DNA of 64,000 nt, taken from the NCBI RefSeq assembly GCF_964355755.1, contig NC_092670.1, positions 25,778,795-25,842,794 of the forward strand, in the 5' to 3' direction. Of the stretch, positions 60,801 to 64,000 are shown piece after piece. Position 1 is the stretch's first letter; each line of letters starts with the position of its first letter. The stretch comes from Antedon mediterranea (lineage: Eukaryota > Animalia > Echinodermata). Under the pieces are notes generated by a model. The model was given only the letters and a program-made list of their open reading frames with translations, did not search any database and was not told where the DNA came from. The position numbers and the translations under genes were made by a program.

Positions 60801-63596
60801 TGTGTTTTTTTTTACAAAAGAAAACGAGGGAATCCACCATGGACCAATCACAATAACCATAATGAAAATTGCACATCTCCCTTTAGATACCAAGTGGAGC
60901 CGGAATCAGAATGCCGACAATCCAGTAACTGGGTAGAGTTAGAGAACTACGGTATGCAGACGTGTTGGCGAATGGTAACAAAAGTAGATCTGTCAATACC
61001 TAACCATTCTCCAGTTGTTACTATGTTACCTGTATTTACTGTTCGTAAAGGATGCACCAGCATTATCCCAATAGAAGGTATGCTTCAGCTTGGCTTTTCT
61101 TCCATGGTAGTGCATAAAATAGTTTAATCTGAAAAATGTTCTATTAAAAAAATTACATATTTTAACAGAAAGAAACAGCATAATTGAAAAAAATATTGTT
61201 ATCGACCTAGTTTTCACTACTTTAGTACATTATAAGAACATGATTGGGGTTTGTATTAAACTACAAAATTATTTTTATTTTTTTTGCGTTAAAGCAGTAT
61301 AAGCTTAACGTGTAGTGTTCATTAATTTCTTATTTAAACGAAGCTTATACAATATAATAATATTTTACCGTTATGAGAGAATACAGATTGTTCCTTCAAT
61401 CATACAAAGAACCAGATTGATTTGAAGAGTGATCGCCAGTCTAGCATTTCCTTTGTTTACAAAAAATAATTTCACTAGAGATCATGATAAAATCAATAAT
61501 TTGAAAGTCTGGAATTATGCTATATTAACAGACAATATTATATTAGTTTAGATTTTCGTCCTAGATAAATTGTTAGGTTTGCAGAGCAAGTTGATTATCT
61601 ACAGACGATTTGTAGATAGGATAAAGACATTGAACGGAAATGAATATCAATATTATTTTCGTGTAAATTCTGGCTGACATGACTCAAGGGCTATTGTCTA
61701 TAACATGACATATTGCTAGATATTATCAGCTATCATGAAAAACTAGTAAAATGGTAACAATTATATCCTTGTGTCTTTAATATAAAAAAAAATTACCATC
61801 AGAAGACCTATTACTAATAATATAACTTATTATTTGTCAAAAAATAGCATTTTTTGACAAAATGTTTAATGAAAGTGAATCTGAACACCATAATTAATTG
61901 TCTGTAACAGGGACTTCCACGATATAGGGTAGTGGCCTCCAATTTAAATTATGCAGATTAGTATTCTTTCCAGTGTCCAAAAATGACCTAACATTGATAA
62001 TTGTGTTCATTTGTGGTCTAAAGAAAACAGTTCATCATAAAACATTTCTTGAAATGTTTCCAAAAGGGTATTCTTTTAGCTAAATCCCATGAACTATATA
62101 CAAAAAAGTAATGTTATCATCTAATACCGTATAAAACAATTTAGTTTAACTTTTATGAAGTAAGCAGTACGTGCATAACTTCAACTTTCAACGGAGGGAA
62201 AGAATACATTTGATTGACAAAAGGTGACGTGTAACTAATAAAACTAATAAAAAAAAACATTTCAAGTAAGGTAAAACAAGTAAAGTTAACAAAAGCAGGA
62301 ATAAGAATAAAAATAATAATAAACTTCGCTTTTTATTGTGCTCAATTTTAATGCACTGTAGGCCTACTTTATCACATAGTATAACAGTAACCAAACTGCT
62401 ATTAAAATTACACAAAAAAAAGTAATTTAATTAACCTGTGAAACCCAATGGGGCTTCACATTGTTTGGTTGTTGCCTTTATTTACCAATCCACGCATACT
62501 TTTTTTTTCTCAAGAATTATGTACGTTATGCGATATTCTTTGTTTTTATAGCAGCGTACAGAAAATATCCAAATAAATCTAAGATTTGTTTATTGAAAAA
62601 ACACAAATAAATGTACGAATGAAAAAATAAACAATTTATATATATATAATTATTTATTTAATAGTGTTTTAGATATTTGTGTTATTATCATCGTATAAAG
62701 AGATTATTTCTGACACACAATCTCCTTAAAATCCATAAATGTCTTTAAATATTTAAGGAAAGTTTAAACTTACATCTAGCCATTTTTGGCTAGCTATTTT
62801 GAAATAGGTAGGCCTATTAATTATAAACTATTGAATTCGTCTAGCTACTGATCCTGATGGCGATAATGTACGATGTAGATGGGCCGAGCTTCAAAAGAAC
62901 GAGTGCCCACCGGACACACAGGGTAGACGAGTATGTGGACAAGCAACTGATTACGCCGAACTGGACTCGGTATGATTATTCATTTAATATATTCAAAATA
63001 AATAAGGATAAAATCGAAAATAGATTTTCTCTATTTTTATCAAAATTATCCCAATTAGACATGCACACTAAACTAGATAATGCCATTTTTTTAGAGTAAA
63101 AACAAAATGGCAGCAAATGTGAGATAATTGTAATCTCTTAAAATGTACCGAATAAATTTGTGGATAGTCAATTAATTGTAAACTTGCTATGAACTGTTAA
63201 AACACCATTCATAAGACCACCATCATATCTCTTTCCAAAATCACAACTCACCTTTTAAGTCATATATTTTGTTTTGCAATTCAATTATTGTAATAATATG
63301 CAGAATCAGGAATTGACCATGGTTATTAAGCCAATAATGTAATAGCGATTTATCCTGTCTACACCACATTCAAACCCAAAATAATCTCCTGGGACTTAAT
63401 TCCCACTTAAAAGTAAATATTAAGTCAATGCTAACGTACAGTGTTAATTTTCAACAGAATCGGTGCCGCTTAACATTTCCTGCAGAAGGTGATCCCGGAT
63501 GGTACGCTGCCACAATTATAGTTGAAGATATTGATAAGGCGACCGGGCAAGCAAAAAGCGCTATTCCGTTCCAATTTTTACTGAATGTTACTGAAC
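57736..63596 (+). CDS. Secreted/cell-surface 'integrin-beta-like / Sib-like' HFRGG-family protein (5' part; continues beyond the window)
   Basis: In-phase GT-AG exons 57736-57837, 59875-60116, 60887-61077, 62845-62969 and 63458-63596. Signal peptide followed by LHFRGGTFSY, C..YSVDQDWS, W...W.MVTKVDL..PNHSPV, DPDGDNVRCRWA...EC, C.LTF...GWYAATI.VED...SAIPFQFL. Confidence 0.85.
59875..60116 (+). CDS. HFRGG-family gene, coding exon 2
   Basis: LEVTWRLAARRGWG...CMEYSVDQDWSIVQG...FTM|gtaag. Confidence 0.85.
60887..61077 (+). CDS. HFRGG-family gene, coding exon 3
   Basis: YQVEPESECRQSSNWVEL...PNHSPVVTMLPVFTVRKGCTSIIPIE|gtatg. Confidence 0.85.
62845..62969 (+). CDS. HFRGG-family gene, coding exon 4
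   Basis: TDPDGDNVRCRWAELQKNECPPDTQGRRVCGQATDYAELDS|gtatg. Confidence 0.85.
63458..63596 (+). CDS. HFRGG-family gene, coding exon 5
   Basis: NRCRLTFPAEGDPGWYAATIIVEDIDKATGQAKSAIPFQFLLNVTE|gtaag. Confidence 0.85.
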
Positions 63597-64000
63597 GTAA
63601 GTTTTAGAAAATATTCTAATTTTATTTAAACTAGATTAATATCTCTAAATACAAACAACTTGCCAAAAAAGGAAACAAACTCTCATTCGAAAATTGTTTA
63701 CCAGCTGGACTCAACTGTGTCTCTGAATAATTATGTTATGGTGTCTGAAAAATAAGTTAGAAAACTACTTCGGATTCATTTTGATAATATGATCGGATAA
63801 TTTAGAAAAGTTGTTATACACATACTACATACAGGAAAGCGGCTAATACTGGAATTAAAAACCTATAATGTAATGGTTCCTCATGTAATATTCCTGTAGA
63901 ATTAAAATAACTATATACATTATATATAATACACAGTTTTACTATTTATAAATAATTATTATATCGATAATCCTTTTATATAATTATTACCATATAATTA

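Noticed and set aside
62857-63099. ORF-track 80-aa protein MAIMYDVDG...
   Set aside because: Wrong frame; the real exon frame reads TDPDGDNVRCRW.

Overview
AT-rich eukaryotic DNA with spliceosomal introns, probably from a marine invertebrate (the repeat content looks echinoderm-like; this is inference). I reconstructed two host genes by hand that the ORF track largely misses. The first is a complete 12-exon TMEM145/GPR180-type (GOST) seven-transmembrane gene on the + strand (13499-28186, 443 aa). The second is the 5' part of a secreted 'HFRGG...DPDGD.VRCRW' Sib/integrin-beta-like protein gene on the + strand (57736 to beyond 63596). The rest is a dense, nested transposon landscape. It includes a decayed piggyBac transposase that sits between Helentron-type ends rather than piggyBac TIRs, and a near-complete CR1/L2-group LINE with a virus-like 2A (DVESNPGP) motif inserted into a tiny P-like MITE just upstream of the TMEM145-like start codon. 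Also present are several other CR1/L2 and Tx1/L1 LINE relics, HINE/Helentron-derived repeats, non-autonomous Sola2, Kolobok, hAT and Harbinger elements with visible TSDs, tRNA-derived SINEs and two copies of an unusual tRNA-Pro-like unit. All calls were made by eye; no database searches were run.
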